A DNA stretch of 61,904 bases. It comes from Blastocatellia bacterium (lineage in GTDB: Bacteria; Acidobacteriota; Blastocatellia; RBC074). Position 1 is the stretch's first letter, and the number at the start of each line of letters is the position of its first letter. Below, one piece after another: positions 60,551 to 61,904 of the stretch. A model generated the notes under the pieces. It was given only the letters and a program-made list of their open reading frames with translations. It searched no databases and was not told the origin of the DNA. The stretch is from positions 1-61,904 of the forward strand of contig DATEMY010000434.1 of the NCBI GenBank assembly GCA_035275345.1, in the 5' to 3' direction. The position numbers and the translations under genes were made by a program.

Positions 60551-61904
60551 TTAGCGCACGAATAATTTCTCCGCGTTCCAGAGTGAGAAGGGTTGGATCG
60601 CGCTCGGACTGTAATTGCCGACGCGCTTGTTGGCCGCCGTTGGCACATGACGCGCGACGATGGGTATGGCCGGCACTTGTTCTGACAGGATTTGTTGGAT
60701 CTCGTTGAAGAGGGCTCGACGGCGCTCGGGGTTGGTCTCGCGGGCCTGCGCCGCAAGCAGTTCGTCAGTCCGCGCTTCCCAGGGAGTCGCTGGCCGTGGT
60801 TGCTTGGGGCGCCACGGATTCGAATCACTACCGCTATGTAACAAATTAGTGTAGGTGGACGGATCCGGCTCGCTTGGCGCTGTTACGTAAAGGGCGACTT
60901 CAAAATCGTAATCTTTCGTTGTTCGACGTATGAACTCGCTCGGATCAATCGGAGCCACCTGCACTTTCATTCCCAACCGGGACAGGTCTTCTTGGATTAC
61001 CACCGCCATATCTTTACGCGGCTGGTTCGTAGACAGCAGGATCAAAGTTAGTTCCACGCGATTGCCGTTCGCGTCATACAACTCGGGCCGATCCTGCGGG
61101 CCTCGCGTGGTGAAGCCGGCTTCGCGCAAAAGCGCCCGCGATCTTTCCATGTCATATGCGCAGGGAGGAAGATCCGTGGCGACCCACCCGCGATTTCCCG
61201 GAGAGACGAAGCCATTGAGCGGCGTGGCCAGTCCTCGCAGGGTTATCGTCGCGATTGTCTGGCGATCAATCGCGTGGGACACGGCCTGGCGGAATCGAGT
61301 GTCGTTGAACCAGGCGCGCTTGGCGGGATCCACGAGTGGCTTGCCGTTCAGTTCGCCGCCGTTCAGGTTGAACAAGAAGTTTTCGGTTTGCAGTCCAGGG
61401 CCGAGATCAAAGACCTTCGTTATTCCCGGTTGCGAATTCAACTCTGCGAAGTCCGCCGGGCGCAGCCGGTCGTAGATGTCCAAGGACCCTTGCTGCAACC
61501 GCGCGAAGGCGTTGTTTGCGTCCTTCACGACTTCGATCACCAACCGATCCAGGTATGGCAACTGTATGCCCGCTTCGTCTTTTTTCCAGTAGTGCGGGTT
61601 GCGTTTGAGCGTAACGCGGTCGCCAGGCGCCGCTGATTCGACGGCGAAGGCTCCAGAGGTGACGACTCTCGACGGATCGGCAGTCAGGCTGTAAGCTTCA
61701 TGCAGCGCGCCGCGGTTGAAATCGGCTTCGAGGATGTGCCGCGGCAATACGGCTAGATTTGAGAGATAACTTTCAGGCGTCGCGACGACCTCTGGAAAGG
61801 CCAATCGCAATCTTCGCGCATTCTTACCATCGACGCCATCGGGTATGCTGGCCTCGATCCGGCGTTTCCCGATCATCATCGCGTCGCGAAAAATAGGAAT
61901 GGGA
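60551..61904 (-). CDS. ABC transporter substrate-binding protein, family 5 (peptide/nickel type); N-terminus lies outside the window
   Basis: RNPHYWKKDEAG, DIYDRLRPADFAEL and VSPGNRGW blocks typical of DppA/OppA-like binding proteins. The frame stays open upstream of the track ATG (61879) to the window edge. Confidence 0.85.
   Translation of the reverse strand, partial: PIPIFRDAMMIGKRRIEASIPDGVDGKNARRLRLAFPEVVATPESYLSNLAVLPRHILEADFNRGALHEAYSLTADPSRVVTSGAFAVESAAPGDRVTLKRNPHYWKKDEAGIQLPYLDRLVIEVVKDANNAFARLQQGSLDIYDRLRPADFAELNSQPGITKVFDLGPGLQTENFLFNLNGGELNGKPLVDPAKRAWFNDTRFRQAVSHAIDRQTIATITLRGLATPLNGFVSPGNRGWVATDLPPCAYDMERSRALLREAGFTTRGPQDRPELYDANGNRVELTLILLSTNQPRKDMAVVIQEDLSRLGMKVQVAPIDPSEFIRRTTKDYDFEVALYVTAPSEPDPSTYTNLLHSGSDSNPWRPKQPRPATPWEARTDELLAAQARETNPERRRALFNEIQQILSEQVPAIPIVARHVPTAANKRVGNYSPSAIQPFSLWNAEKLFVR

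Noticed and set aside
60645-60660. Additional TGGCAC hexamers (also near 8331 and 44036) as sigma-54 sites.
   Set aside because: They lack the TTGG(T) element at the correct spacing and the upstream inverted repeat. They also lie inside coding regions or in the wrong orientation.

Overview
High-GC chromosomal segment, most likely from an Acidobacteriota genome. This assignment is an inference from three family types: many ADOP-type duplicated orphan MacB/FtsX permeases, a VWFA-related acidobacterial-type protein, and a PSCyt-type cytochrome c/beta-propeller protein. No rRNA, tRNA, CRISPR array, transposase or integrase was recognised. Gene content in order: (1) a HlyD / ABC ATPase / ABC-2 permease efflux operon on the minus strand. 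(2) Eight full-length ADOP permease paralogs plus one internally deleted relic, in four groups, each headed by a conserved sigma-54-like promoter module. (3) A BlaI/BlaR1-like pair whose sensor ends in about 34-aa repeats, followed by two secreted paralogs built from the same repeats. (4) Two sensor kinases, an orphan ParA-like ATPase and a VWA protein. (5) A TPR-WD40 protein. (6) A tandemly duplicated four-gene cassette: Hsp20 small heat-shock protein, a 90-aa bipartite protein, an almost uncharged lysine- and glutamate-free Pro/Gly/Gln/Ala-rich protein of about 210 aa, and a single-ring ClpB-D2-like AAA+ protein with non-canonical Walker motifs. I cannot assign this cassette to any described system, and it is the strongest novelty candidate. 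(7) Two PLP-dependent transsulfuration genes. (8) A truncated and a full-length STAND-TPR-wHTH/BTAD regulator next to an S8 protease with GIVATGID repeats and SLH-like domains. (9) A partial family-5 solute-binding protein. A second pervasive signal is a set of intergenic hairpins whose arms are tandem arrays of short words with period 7, 9, 10 or 14.
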